NCBI GenBank assembly: GCA_964496095.1
Contig: CAZBWU010000003.1
Coordinates: 65,901 to 129,900, forward strand
From: an uncultured Gammaproteobacteria bacterium
GTDB lineage: Bacteria; Patescibacteriota; Patescibacteriia; Magasanikbacterales; GWA2-37-8
Reading direction: 5' to 3'
DNA length: 64,000 nucleotides
The notes under the pieces were generated by a model. It was not told the DNA's origin. It made no database searches and saw nothing but the letters and a program-made list of their open reading frames with translations. The position numbers and the translations under genes are program-made. Below are positions 29,050 through 38,211 of this stretch, one piece after another (positions within the stretch are counted from its first letter, which is position 1; every line of letters begins with the position of its first letter).

Positions 29050-31593
29050 ATGAATATTACGGATTTTTTTTACAGTACTATTTCCCTATTCTCCACCGAT
29101 TTTTTTATCATGATTTTTCCGTTTCTTCTAGGATTAGTTTTTTTGATTTCCTCTTTATATATTCTCAAAGCTATCCTCACTATTCGCGGACGCAAAGGCA
29201 AAGCCTTTCACAAAACAGTCCTACTTATCAAAGTACCAAAAGAAAAAAAAGGCGACAAACCCGAATCAGCCAGCGCCGAAGACAACATCAACCATGTACG
29301 TGAAGAAGTGGCCGTGGCTGAAACAATTTTTTCCGCTGTCGCCGGTCTCAAACAAGAAAAAGGTATCAAAGCATGGCTAATGGGTCGAAATGATCATATT
29401 GCTTTTGAAATTGTAGTCAAAGACAACAAGATTTCTTTTTATGTAGTGATGCCAGACAAAGTCAAAGGCTTTATGGAACAACAAATCCACGCTCAGTATC
29501 CTCACGCAGAAATCACAGAAGAGCCGGATTACAACGCTTTCAAACCGCAAAGTCATATTGTCGGCGCTTATCTATGGCTCAAACATAAATCCGCTTTCCC
29601 GCTCAAAACATACAAAAAACTGGATAGCGATCCACTTATCGCTCTTCTTAATCCCCTAAGTAAAGTTGGCGAAGATGAAGGGGCTATAATCCAATACATA
29701 GTACGGCCTGCCTCTCGCAAATGGCGCAGTCAAGGCGTGCATATGGTACGTGATATTAAGAGTGGCGAAAAATTTGAAGATGTCGCCAAAAGAAATTATG
29801 TCTTGAAATTTTTCAAAGATTTTCTCAAATATTTAGCTCCTAGCAAAAAAAGCGAGGGTGGTATGGATCAAAGATATCAGATGACACAAATGGAAGAAGA
29901 GATGATAAAAAACATGGAAGAAAAAATTAGTCGTGGCGGTCTTGAAGCAACCATTCGCATAGTAAGTTCTGCCAACAACAAAGAAAAAGCCGTGATGAAT
30001 CTAGAAAATATTATTAATGCCTTCAGTCAATACAATCTATATAGATACGGTAATACTCTAGCGGCAGCTGTGCCTCGCAAACCAAATACTTTGATTCGTG
30101 ACTACATATATAGAGGCATGAAAGAAAGCCACTACATGGTCTTTAACACCGAAGAGATGGCAAGTTTTTGGCATATGCCAATCCCAAGTACCGAAACACC
30201 AAATATAAATTGGCTTGGAGCGCGCAAGTCTCCCCCACCAACCAACGTCGCCAAAGAAGGCATTACTCTTGGCAGAGCGGTATATAGAGGCGAAGAAACA
30301 ATTATTAAAATGAAACGTGAGGACCGTCGTCGTCATCTCTATACTATCGGTAAATCAGGTAGTGGTAAATCTGTCTTTATCCAAAACATGGCTGTGCAAG
30401 ATATTATCGCCGGCGAAGGTGTCTGTGTTATCGATCCGCACGGAGATTTTGTGGATTATGTTTTGCAACATGTGCCAAAAGAACGCGCCGAAGATGTTAT
30501 TTATTTTAATCCTTCCGATACAGACAGACCAATTGGTTTAAATATTATCGAAGTCTCAACCGAAGAACAAAAAGATTTTGCTACCCAAGAAATGATTTCT
30601 ATTTTCTATAAGTTGGTGACTGACCCATCTATGATTGGTCCGATGTTTGAACACAGTATGCGTAACGTCATGTTGACGCTCATGGCTGACATGGTCAACC
30701 CCGGAACAATTGCCGAAATCCCTCGCATGTTTACCGATGACGAGTTTGTGAAAAAATGGAAAAGCAAACTTAATGACCCGATGGTTCTTGCTTTCTGGGA
30801 TAAAGAAATGGCCAAGACTTCTGACTTCCACAAATCTGAAATGCTTGGTTATTTAATTTCCAAAGTGGGTCGCTTTATCGAAAATTCCATGATCAGAAAT
30901 ATTATCGGACAAACCCATTCTGGTTTTAATTTCCGCGAAGTCATGGATAACAAAAAAATATTATTAGTTAATCTTGCCAAAGGTTTGGTGGGAGAAATGA
31001 ACTCAAACTTACTTGGTTTAATTATTGTATCCAAATTACAAATGGCCGCTCTGGAGCGCGCCTCCCTACCAGAAGATCAACGTCATGATTTTTATTTGTA
31101 TATCGATGAGTTCCAAAACTTTATCACCGACTCTATCGCCACCATTCTTTCTGAAGCTCGTAAATATCGCTTAGAACTTATTATTGCCCACCAGTATATG
31201 AAGCAGTTGGAAGATAATAAAGGTAAAACTACCGTACGCGATGCCGTGCTTGGTAATGCGGGTACACTTGTATCATTCCGTATCGGTGTAGAAGATGCTG
31301 AAGTCCTGGCCAAAGAATACGCTCCTGTGTTTAGCGCTTATGATCTGGTAAACGTTGAACAATTTACCGCTTATGTTAAACTGTTGATTGACAATACAGC
31401 TGCCAAACCGTTTAATATGCTTACCTACCCTCCTCGCTCTGGCAATAAACAGCTAGCAGCAGCTATAAAAGAGCTTTCTAGATTAAAATACGGCCGACCA
31501 AGAGAGATTGTGGAAGCAGAAATTGAAGAAAGAGCACAGTTAGGCGCAGTTACCAAAGAAAGTAAGGCTTCCATTAGTGAAATAGGGTTATAA
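29050..31593 (+). CDS. membrane-anchored VirB4/TraG-like (DUF87/HerA-FtsK clan) ATPase
   Basis: Walker A GKSGSGKS, IDPHGD, Walker B LYIDEFQNF, SEARKY, AHQY. Confidence 0.9.
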   Translation: MNITDFFYSTISLFSTDFFIMIFPFLLGLVFLISSLYILKAILTIRGRKGKAFHKTVLLIKVPKEKKGDKPESASAEDNINHVREEVAVAETIFSAVAGLKQEKGIKAWLMGRNDHIAFEIVVKDNKISFYVVMPDKVKGFMEQQIHAQYPHAEITEEPDYNAFKPQSHIVGAYLWLKHKSAFPLKTYKKLDSDPLIALLNPLSKVGEDEGAIIQYIVRPASRKWRSQGVHMVRDIKSGEKFEDVAKRNYVLKFFKDFLKYLAPSKKSEGGMDQRYQMTQMEEEMIKNMEEKISRGGLEATIRIVSSANNKEKAVMNLENIINAFSQYNLYRYGNTLAAAVPRKPNTLIRDYIYRGMKESHYMVFNTEEMASFWHMPIPSTETPNINWLGARKSPPPTNVAKEGITLGRAVYRGEETIIKMKREDRRRHLYTIGKSGSGKSVFIQNMAVQDIIAGEGVCVIDPHGDFVDYVLQHVPKERAEDVIYFNPSDTDRPIGLNIIEVSTEEQKDFATQEMISIFYKLVTDPSMIGPMFEHSMRNVMLTLMADMVNPGTIAEIPRMFTDDEFVKKWKSKLNDPMVLAFWDKEMAKTSDFHKSEMLGYLISKVGRFIENSMIRNIIGQTHSGFNFREVMDNKKILLVNLAKGLVGEMNSNLLGLIIVSKLQMAALERASLPEDQRHDFYLYIDEFQNFITDSIATILSEARKYRLELIIAHQYMKQLEDNKGKTTVRDAVLGNAGTLVSFRIGVEDAEVLAKEYAPVFSAYDLVNVEQFTAYVKLLIDNTAAKPFNMLTYPPRSGNKQLAAAIKELSRLKYGRPREIVEAEIEERAQLGAVTKESKASISEIGL

Positions 31594-31605
31594 TACAAAT
31601 AAAAT

Positions 31606-33258
31606 ATGTCAACAATCTACCGTAAATACCGTCCTCAAGTTTTTGCCGATGTCACAGGTCAAGACCATATTATCAAAACTATTACCAACGAAATCGCAAC
31701 TAACAAAATCGCGCATGCTTATTTATTTTGTGGACCACGCGGTACGGGTAAAACTACCACTGCCCGCTTACTAGCCAAAGCGATAAATTGTGAAAATAAA
31801 AAAGATGGCGAATACGAACCTTGCAACATCTGCTCTTCTTGTGTTGAATCAACTGCGAGCCACAGTATAGATATTATTGAAATAGACGCAGCTTCCAATA
31901 CCGGCGTAGACAATGTCCGTGAAAATATTATTGAAAACGCTCAGTTCAAACCAACCAAATCAAAATACAAAGTCTTTATCATCGACGAAGTCCACATGCT
32001 TTCTACCGGTGCTTTCAACGCCCTGCTCAAGACCGTAGAAGAACCTCCAGTGCATGTTATATTTATCCTCGCTACTACCGAGACTCACAAATTACCAGCC
32101 ACCATTATTTCCCGTTGCCAACGTTTTAATTTCAAAAAAGTTGGCTACGATGACATGCTCAAACGCTTAGAAGAACTTTGCAAAAGTGAAAAAATAAAAG
32201 TTGATAAAAAAGTTTTGGAAAGAATAATCAACAAGAGCGACGGCTGTGTCCGTGATGCTGAAAGCCTGCTAGGACAAATTTTGAGTCTTGACTTAAAAAG
32301 TATTGGCCCGGAAGACGCCGAGATGATTCTCCCTACTTCAAATGTAGAATCTATTTTAGAGTTTATTAATCTTATCTTAGACAAAAACCCAGCGACCGCC
32401 ATTGAATTACTACAAAAATCGGTAGAAGACGGGATAAACCTTGAACAGTTTGCCTATGACACAGTTGAGGCTTTACGCCTAGCCATGATTGTCCAAACAA
32501 ACTTCCAAACCAAAAATCTCAATACCGATTATAGCGACAAAGATTTAGGGTCTATCAAAAAAATCGCAGAAAAAATCACTACTCCGAGACTAATCAAAAT
32601 GCTTGAATCTCTGATTATCCGCCACCGAGAAATCAAATCATCTCCCCTACCTCAATTACCTTTGGAATTATTTGCCGTTGAATTTGGGATAGAGGAAGAA
32701 ATAGCTACAACTAATCGTTCGTCCGGTGCAACATCTGTCATTCCGACCCCCGCAAGCGGGATAAATTCCACAGAGGAATCCCTTAAACCAAAGGATAAGG
32801 GATCTTTCGACTCGGCAAAAGCCTCACTCAAGATGACAGAAACGACAACTATAGTTGAAAAAGAAGAACCAAAAACACCGAATCCAATCACCCAAGCAAT
32901 CAAAGATACTATCACCCATATTGCAAGTGGAGACATAAAAACAACCTTTGATGAAATCAAAAATAAATGGAATAGTATCATTGAAGAAATAAGCAAAAAA
33001 AATCATTCCCTCAGCTTCATTCTCAAAATGAGCCAGCTACAACATGTTCAAGATGGACGTCTGTACATCACTGTTCCTTACTCTTTTCATAAAGATAAAA
33101 TCAACGAAATCAATACTAAAAAAACCATTGAACAAGCAATAACAAATTTCTTCTCAGAACATATTCCTCTGGTTTGCGATGTGATCGCAGCGCCAGCTAT
33201 CGAAGAGGATTCTGAATTAAACAAATTAGCCGCCGATTTTGGCGGAGAGGTTGTGTAA
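31606..33258 (+). CDS. dnaX: DNA polymerase III subunit gamma/tau
   Basis: YRKYRP, GPRGTGKT, EIDAASN, IIDEVHML, SRCQ. Confidence 0.98.
   Translation: MSTIYRKYRPQVFADVTGQDHIIKTITNEIATNKIAHAYLFCGPRGTGKTTTARLLAKAINCENKKDGEYEPCNICSSCVESTASHSIDIIEIDAASNTGVDNVRENIIENAQFKPTKSKYKVFIIDEVHMLSTGAFNALLKTVEEPPVHVIFILATTETHKLPATIISRCQRFNFKKVGYDDMLKRLEELCKSEKIKVDKKVLERIINKSDGCVRDAESLLGQILSLDLKSIGPEDAEMILPTSNVESILEFINLILDKNPATAIELLQKSVEDGINLEQFAYDTVEALRLAMIVQTNFQTKNLNTDYSDKDLGSIKKIAEKITTPRLIKMLESLIIRHREIKSSPLPQLPLELFAVEFGIEEEIATTNRSSGATSVIPTPASGINSTEESLKPKDKGSFDSAKASLKMTETTTIVEKEEPKTPNPITQAIKDTITHIASGDIKTTFDEIKNKWNSIIEEISKKNHSLSFILKMSQLQHVQDGRLYITVPYSFHKDKINEINTKKTIEQAITNFFSEHIPLVCDVIAAPAIEEDSELNKLAADFGGEVV
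32736..32838. repeat. REP-like repeat inserted in frame in dnaX
   Basis: tgtcattccgac...gaggaatcccttaaacc...gggatctttcgactc...caagatgaca. Confidence 0.85.
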
Positions 33259-33318
33259 ATAGCCTAAAATAAGGTATAGTACCGATGAGACGGGCTAATT
33301 AAACTAACCCTAATACAA

Positions 33319-34146
33319 ATGTTAAAATTGATTTTTGTAGCCCTGTTTGCGCTTCTTGGATTTGGTGCTTCTACCGCTCAGGCAACCGAAGAAAAAATAA
33401 ACTTACCCGTTCCATATATACCCGAAGCACCAGATGGTCTAATGGTAAAACCATGGAACAACTCTTGTGAAGAAGCTTCCACCGCCATGCTTGATGAATA
33501 CTATTTTGGCAATCATCAAAAAACCATTTCCGCAACAAAGGCCAAGCAACTTATTCTCAACTACATAGCTATTGAAAATAAGATTTTTGGGTTTAACGCA
33601 GATACCAACGCCACTGAAATGACTAAAGTTATCAACGAACATTCCAAATACTTTGAAGCTAAAATAAAAACCAATCCAACTCTAGAAGAAGTAAAAGCTG
33701 AACTACTTGCTGAGAGACCAGTTATCGCCTTGCTTTATGGAAAAAATTTAGAAAATCCCCGCATTCACTTTGCTCGTAATGGCTCTTATTATCACACTAT
33801 TGTAATAAAGGGTTTTGATGATGAAACGAATGAATTTATCGTGAATGACAATGGCGATTTTGAGCAAGGTCTTGACTTACGGTATTCGTATGATACAATC
33901 ATGGGCGCTTTACGTGATTTTGACCGTAAAATTCGAAAAACGGTTAAACCAGCCACCGTGCTGTTTTCTAGCCAAAGAATGCTAGTTAAAACAGCAAATT
34001 CCAACCGCATATATCTAATCAAGAATAATAAAAAACAGCACATTACTTCACCAGCATTGTTCAAAACCAATGGTTGGAAATGGAGCTTTGTGATGACAGT
34101 TTCACAGTCTTGGTTGGATAAGTTTGAAACTAGTTCAACAATTTAG
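33319..34146 (+). CDS. secreted C39-like cysteine peptidase
   Basis: signal peptide; NNSCEEAS, YHTIVIKG, VND motifs; C-terminal repeat-like domain. Confidence 0.8.
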   Translation: MLKLIFVALFALLGFGASTAQATEEKINLPVPYIPEAPDGLMVKPWNNSCEEASTAMLDEYYFGNHQKTISATKAKQLILNYIAIENKIFGFNADTNATEMTKVINEHSKYFEAKIKTNPTLEEVKAELLAERPVIALLYGKNLENPRIHFARNGSYYHTIVIKGFDDETNEFIVNDNGDFEQGLDLRYSYDTIMGALRDFDRKIRKTVKPATVLFSSQRMLVKTANSNRIYLIKNNKKQHITSPALFKTNGWKWSFVMTVSQSWLDKFETSSTI

Positions 34147-34155
34147 TCTTTCGCC

Positions 34156-34267
34156 TGTCATTCTGAACGAAGTGAAGAATCTCTGTCCGTACAATGTCAT
34201 TCCCGCCAAAGCGGGAATCCAGACAATTCGAACGTACCCTGGATTCCCAATCAAGTTGGGAATGACA
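34156..34267. repeat. REP-like composite repeat
   Basis: tgtcattctgaac...; tgtcattcccgccaaagcgggaatccag...ctggattccc...gggaatgaca. Confidence 0.88.
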
Positions 34268-34274
34268 AAAACAT

Positions 34275-34345
34275 TCCGAGGTGGTCTAATGGTAGGACAA
34301 CGGACTCTGAATCCGTTTATCTTGGTTCGAATCCAAGCCTCGGAA
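34275..34345 (+). tRNA. tRNA-Gln(CTG)
   Basis: TCCGAGG/CCTCGGA acceptor stem; anticodon arm acgga-ctCTGaa-tccgt; GGTTCGAATCC; CCA not encoded. Confidence 0.95.
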
Positions 34346-34464
34346 CAAATAAGTACATAATTAAGTGTTTTTTAACACCCCCAACAATAAAATTTTATAA
34401 TCTTGTCAAGAGAGTTATTAACAGCTATTTTTGGCTAACAATAAAGGTTATTTAAAGAAAATCA

Positions 34465-34493
34465 TTGACAAACTGCCAAGTATGGTATATAAT
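34465..34493 (+). promoter_or_regulatory. consensus sigma70 promoter
   Basis: TTGACA-17-TATAAT with no ORF downstream on this strand. Confidence 0.8.
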
Positions 34494-34499
34494 AGAATT

Positions 34500-34592
34500 G
34501 TCGTAAGTTCTATGGGGAGCTTAATGCAAGTAAGTGTACTGTAAGTGCACCGAACCATAGACAGACTGAAATCACCCTGCGGGGTGGTTTTT
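34500..34592 (+). ncRNA. candidate DUF3800-associated structured ncRNA
   Basis: stem tctatgg/ccataga closes a junction with hairpins gctt/aagt and gtgtact/agtgcac; terminator aaatcaccctgcggggtggttttt. Confidence 0.7.
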
Positions 34593-35232
34593 AGTTACCA
34601 AATTTTTCAAACGGGAATTTTATACGATGCCTAAAGTTTGGTTCGCATAAATTATATAAATGATCCGCGTTATAATTATACTTTGCAAATACAGCATTTG
34701 AAACTACGTCGATTAACTGTATTCCTTTGCAATTTTTTGAATCAAGCATTACCACTTCAATGGGAAAATCAAACCTCCAGCGCGCTCTTGCTTCTAATAT
34801 AATGTAATCCTTTAAGGAATTAAGAGAGTTTGTTTTAATACTGTGATTATCTAATACTATTGTTACTGGCTCATGATACGAGAGTATGCATTTTTTTATT
34901 AATTTGCCAATCAAATAATTATAACAAATATTTTTTTCTTGAAAAAGAGAAGGGATTAAATGATTTTTATCGGTAACTAAATAATCTAAGCGAAAACATC
35001 CTAATTTATTAAGTCGGTTTAAAATATCTTGCTTTGTCGGAAAACTCAACCTACTCGCATGTAGCTCGACAAACCCTTGCTTCAAACAATGATCAACAAA
35101 AAGACGGCTGTGCAGATTTTTTAAAGTTCGCCTATGAGAGTCATCCTCGGTGACCAAAGCTCCGATTACAAAATACCTTTCTTTGGGTTTATTGTTTAGA
35201 GCGCCAGATTCATCTAAATATATAACTGGCAT
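34591..35232 (-). CDS. DUF3800 domain protein (RNase H-like fold)
   Basis: N-terminal IYLDESG, ELH, C-terminal IQLIDVVS (QxxD). Confidence 0.88.
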   Translation of the reverse strand: MPVIYLDESGALNNKPKERYFVIGALVTEDDSHRRTLKNLHSRLFVDHCLKQGFVELHASRLSFPTKQDILNRLNKLGCFRLDYLVTDKNHLIPSLFQEKNICYNYLIGKLIKKCILSYHEPVTIVLDNHSIKTNSLNSLKDYIILEARARWRFDFPIEVVMLDSKNCKGIQLIDVVSNAVFAKYNYNADHLYNLCEPNFRHRIKFPFEKFGN

Positions 35233-35235
35233 AGA

Positions 35236-35991
35236 TCAATCCTTTCTCCCCTCCAAAAACAAAAACAAAGGAAACTCCTTACGCGATTTATCCTCTGCTG
35301 TAAAGCGCGGACCTCTAGTAGGTTCACGATGAGAAATCCATTCTTCAAGTTTTGTCACCGCCAAACCATGCTTGCGAAGCATTTTGAAATACCATTGCAA
35401 CGGTCTATGAAAAGAAACAGTTTTTTCTGAGTTTTTTTGTCCCGGGTGCATATCTATTTCTGTTTGAAATTCTGACAAATAAGCATCCAGTCGGCGATAC
35501 TGTACTTTCTCCACTTCATCCCACTGCCAACTAGAAACCTTTGGGGTTCTATATGCCGGATGATTCAAAACCAAAAACAAACTCCCCTTTTCTTTGAGAA
35601 CTCTGGCACATTCTTTAAACACTCCGTCTACATTTTTTATATTTTGCAAAGCAAGAATAATTATTATTTGGTCCACAGATTTATCTGCGCAAAAACTAAT
35701 ATTGTCTGCTGGCGCTACATGATAATCTATAGGTTGTGATTTATGTTTTTTAGCAAGATTGATTAATTCTGGAGAAATATCTGAGGCAACAACTTTGGCA
35801 CCACCCTCAGCGATAATACGAGAAAAAAATCCTTGCCCACAAGCCAAATCCAAAATCACTTGGTTTTTATCCAATTTTATAGATCTAAGCAAATTTGGCA
35901 AAATAACTTTTTGCTGAAAAGAATCGTCGTCTTTTTCAAGAAGCTTGTCATACCAATTCGCGACTTTGTTCCAGGATGTATCTTTTTTCAT
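35236..35991 (-). CDS. class I SAM-dependent methyltransferase
   Basis: ILDLACGQG motif; FHRPL. Confidence 0.9.
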   Translation of the reverse strand: MKKDTSWNKVANWYDKLLEKDDDSFQQKVILPNLLRSIKLDKNQVILDLACGQGFFSRIIAEGGAKVVASDISPELINLAKKHKSQPIDYHVAPADNISFCADKSVDQIIIILALQNIKNVDGVFKECARVLKEKGSLFLVLNHPAYRTPKVSSWQWDEVEKVQYRRLDAYLSEFQTEIDMHPGQKNSEKTVSFHRPLQWYFKMLRKHGLAVTKLEEWISHREPTRGPRFTAEDKSRKEFPLFLFLEGRKD

Positions 35992-36041
35992 GGAGTTATT
36001 CTAATCGAAATACAACAATCGGTCAATTAAAAAGGTTGTGC

Positions 36042-36154
36042 TGTCATCCTGAGCAAAGCCGTAGCGAAGTCGAAGGATCCCTTATACTAAGGGTTCTGCA
36101 AATACTATGTTTAAGGGATTCCTCCACTCGTCTCGAGACTCGGTCGGAATGACA
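36042..36154. repeat. REP-like repeat
   Basis: tgtcatcctgagc...gaaggatccc...tttaagggattcctcc...cggaatgaca. Confidence 0.88.
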
Positions 36155-36209
36155 TTACAAAACAAAGCTTACCTTGCAAAAACTCTTTAAAAATGATAAT
36201 ATCTCCGAT

Positions 36210-37061
36210 ATGTCAACCATTATAGACGGCAAAAAACTAGCCTCAAAAATAGAAAAAAGCACTGCCAAAGAGGTGGCTATTTTGAAAACCAAAGGCATTG
36301 TGCCAAAGCTGGCAGTTATTTTGGTTGGCAATGACAAACCTTCACAAACTTATATAAATAGAAAAAAAGAAGCAGCCGAGCGCATTGGCATAGATTTTGC
36401 TTTATATCAATTTCCAAAAAATATTTCCAAAGATGATTTGATTAGTAATCTTAAAAAAATTCAAGAAGATAAAAAACTGACTGGTCTGATAGTTCAGCTT
36501 CCTCTGCCAGAAAGATTATACAACTCAGAAGTTTTAAACTCCATTAACCCAGCCATAGACGTGGACTGTTTGACCGATAGCAACATCGGCAAATTGGTAA
36601 TGGAAACAAATCATATCGAACCCCCAACTCCTTGGGCAGTCATAAAAACTCTTAAAGAAATTAAATTTAATTTAAAAGGAAAAAATATTACCATCGTTGG
36701 CACAGGCGCACTGGTCGGTAAACCGCTTTCTATAATGCTTGTTAACGAACTTGCAAGCGTCACCACCTGCAATATTCACACCCAAGATCTAAAAAAGAAA
36801 TGCCTAGAGGCAGATGCGATCATCTCGGCAGTCGGCAAACAAAATCTGATTACCAAAGATATGGTGAAGAAAAATGCAGTTGTGATTGATACGGGCATTG
36901 TCTATGTAGATGGCAAAATGCATGGCGATGTTGACTTCCAAAATGTTTCCAAAAAAACTAGCTTCATCACGCCTACTCCTGGCGGTATAGGTCCAATTAC
37001 CGTTGCTAAATTACTTCTCAATACAGTCACTTGCGCAAAAAAAATAAACAGTATACTCTAG
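36210..37061 (+). CDS. folD: methylenetetrahydrofolate dehydrogenase/cyclohydrolase
   Basis: IIDGK, VQLPLP, DVD, ITPTPGGIGPIT. Confidence 0.96.
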   Translation: MSTIIDGKKLASKIEKSTAKEVAILKTKGIVPKLAVILVGNDKPSQTYINRKKEAAERIGIDFALYQFPKNISKDDLISNLKKIQEDKKLTGLIVQLPLPERLYNSEVLNSINPAIDVDCLTDSNIGKLVMETNHIEPPTPWAVIKTLKEIKFNLKGKNITIVGTGALVGKPLSIMLVNELASVTTCNIHTQDLKKKCLEADAIISAVGKQNLITKDMVKKNAVVIDTGIVYVDGKMHGDVDFQNVSKKTSFITPTPGGIGPITVAKLLLNTVTCAKKINSIL

Positions 37062-37086
37062 ATTAAAGATAGGGGGGGCAACGATC

Positions 37087-37332
37087 ATGTCGCAGGTGCA
37101 TGGCAAAGTCGAACTCCCGTGCAATTACTTCAAACACCCAAACAAAGGAGCTAATAACGGCTGTACCGGCATCTTCGTTGAAGTGGGCGGAGAAAACGGC
37201 TCTACCGTTCGCACCCGTCTACGATGCAACCACGCCGGTTGTCAGCGCGTCATCCACATCGACGTTGCAGAGCTTCTGCAGATCTACCAGCACGAGCGCC
37301 AAAAACGCTACAAGCCTAGCAAAAAAGACTAG
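37087..37332 (+). CDS. small high-GC Cys-containing (possible Zn-ribbon) protein
   Basis: G-rich RBS; four Cys residues; GC-rich codon usage. Confidence 0.6.
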   Translation: MSQVHGKVELPCNYFKHPNKGANNGCTGIFVEVGGENGSTVRTRLRCNHAGCQRVIHIDVAELLQIYQHERQKRYKPSKKD

Positions 37333-37461
37333 GCTAGCTGCAAATATCTGGGGAGTCTCTTAGAGTTTGGCGGTCACTCTTTAAAAACCGTCAGCCTTTC
37401 TATTTGTTGAATATCCACACCTACCATTTGACATCTTAAACTAACGTGATAGTCTAACTAT

Positions 37462-37585
37462 ACAATTCAATATGTATCTGTGGAAATGAGGTTAGATTCC
37501 TCTACTGTGCCGCAACGGTAAACCAAGTTTAACTTAAACTTGGAAGTCCGGTCTTCAGATATACAACTTCACGAGCGAAGTTGCG
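37462..37585 (+). promoter_or_regulatory. cobalamin riboswitch
   Basis: GGAAAT-GAGG-TTAGATT-CCTC, ACTGTGCCGCAACGGTAA, AAGTCCG B12-box; P1 tgtatctg/cagatataca; 3' hairpin with CACGA loop; promoter TTGACA at 37428. Confidence 0.88.
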
Positions 37586-37586
37586 T

Positions 37587-37650
37587 CCCGAGCAGGAAAA
37601 TATTCTTATATTTTTTAATCTTTCCTGCCCGGTAAAGATTTTTTTATTTT
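37587..37650 (+). terminator. riboswitch terminator/antiterminator
   Basis: terminator aatcttt...aaagatt-ttttt competes with antiterminator ccgagcaggaaa/tttcctgcccgg. Confidence 0.7.
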
Positions 37651-38211
37651 ATGACCAAATCACTTCACCGACTACTAATAATACTAATTTTTATTTTTGT
37701 TTCTGCTTCGGCCTATTTATTTTCTACTCAAAATAAACAACCTACCGTTTCTCAAATTTCAAATCCAACTTCTGCACCTAAAATAAATCTGCAAGAAGAA
37801 GATATAAAACCAGCTGTCCTAGAAAACAAAAAAAATAACAAACCCATTGATAAAAAAATAGAGACTCCCCCACCAACCACAACTCCCAACACAAAAACCG
37901 ACGAACAGAAACCAGAAACTACACCGATAATAATCGCAATTGAAGATAAAGAATATAAAATAGAAGTAAAACCAAACTCATCTGCCTACGAAGCCATGAA
38001 TAGCCTAAAAGGCTTAGGACAGATATCATTTTCTAGCAAAAACTTTGCTGGACTGGGATATTTCATAGAAGAAATAAACGGCATAAAAAATAATCCCTCC
38101 ACTGGATTTTATTGGACACTATATATAAATAACGAAGAGGCAAAAATTGGAGTCTCAGGCTATATTCTTAAACCTAACGATTTAATTACTTGGAAATATG
38201 TCCGCAAATAA
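37651..38211 (+). CDS. membrane-anchored DUF4430 (transcobalamin beta-domain-like) protein
   Basis: N-terminal TM, linker, GYFIEEINGI...YWTLYINN...IGVSGYILKPNDLITWKY. Confidence 0.88.
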   Translation: MTKSLHRLLIILIFIFVSASAYLFSTQNKQPTVSQISNPTSAPKINLQEEDIKPAVLENKKNNKPIDKKIETPPPTTTPNTKTDEQKPETTPIIIAIEDKEYKIEVKPNSSAYEAMNSLKGLGQISFSSKNFAGLGYFIEEINGIKNNPSTGFYWTLYINNEEAKIGVSGYILKPNDLITWKYVRK

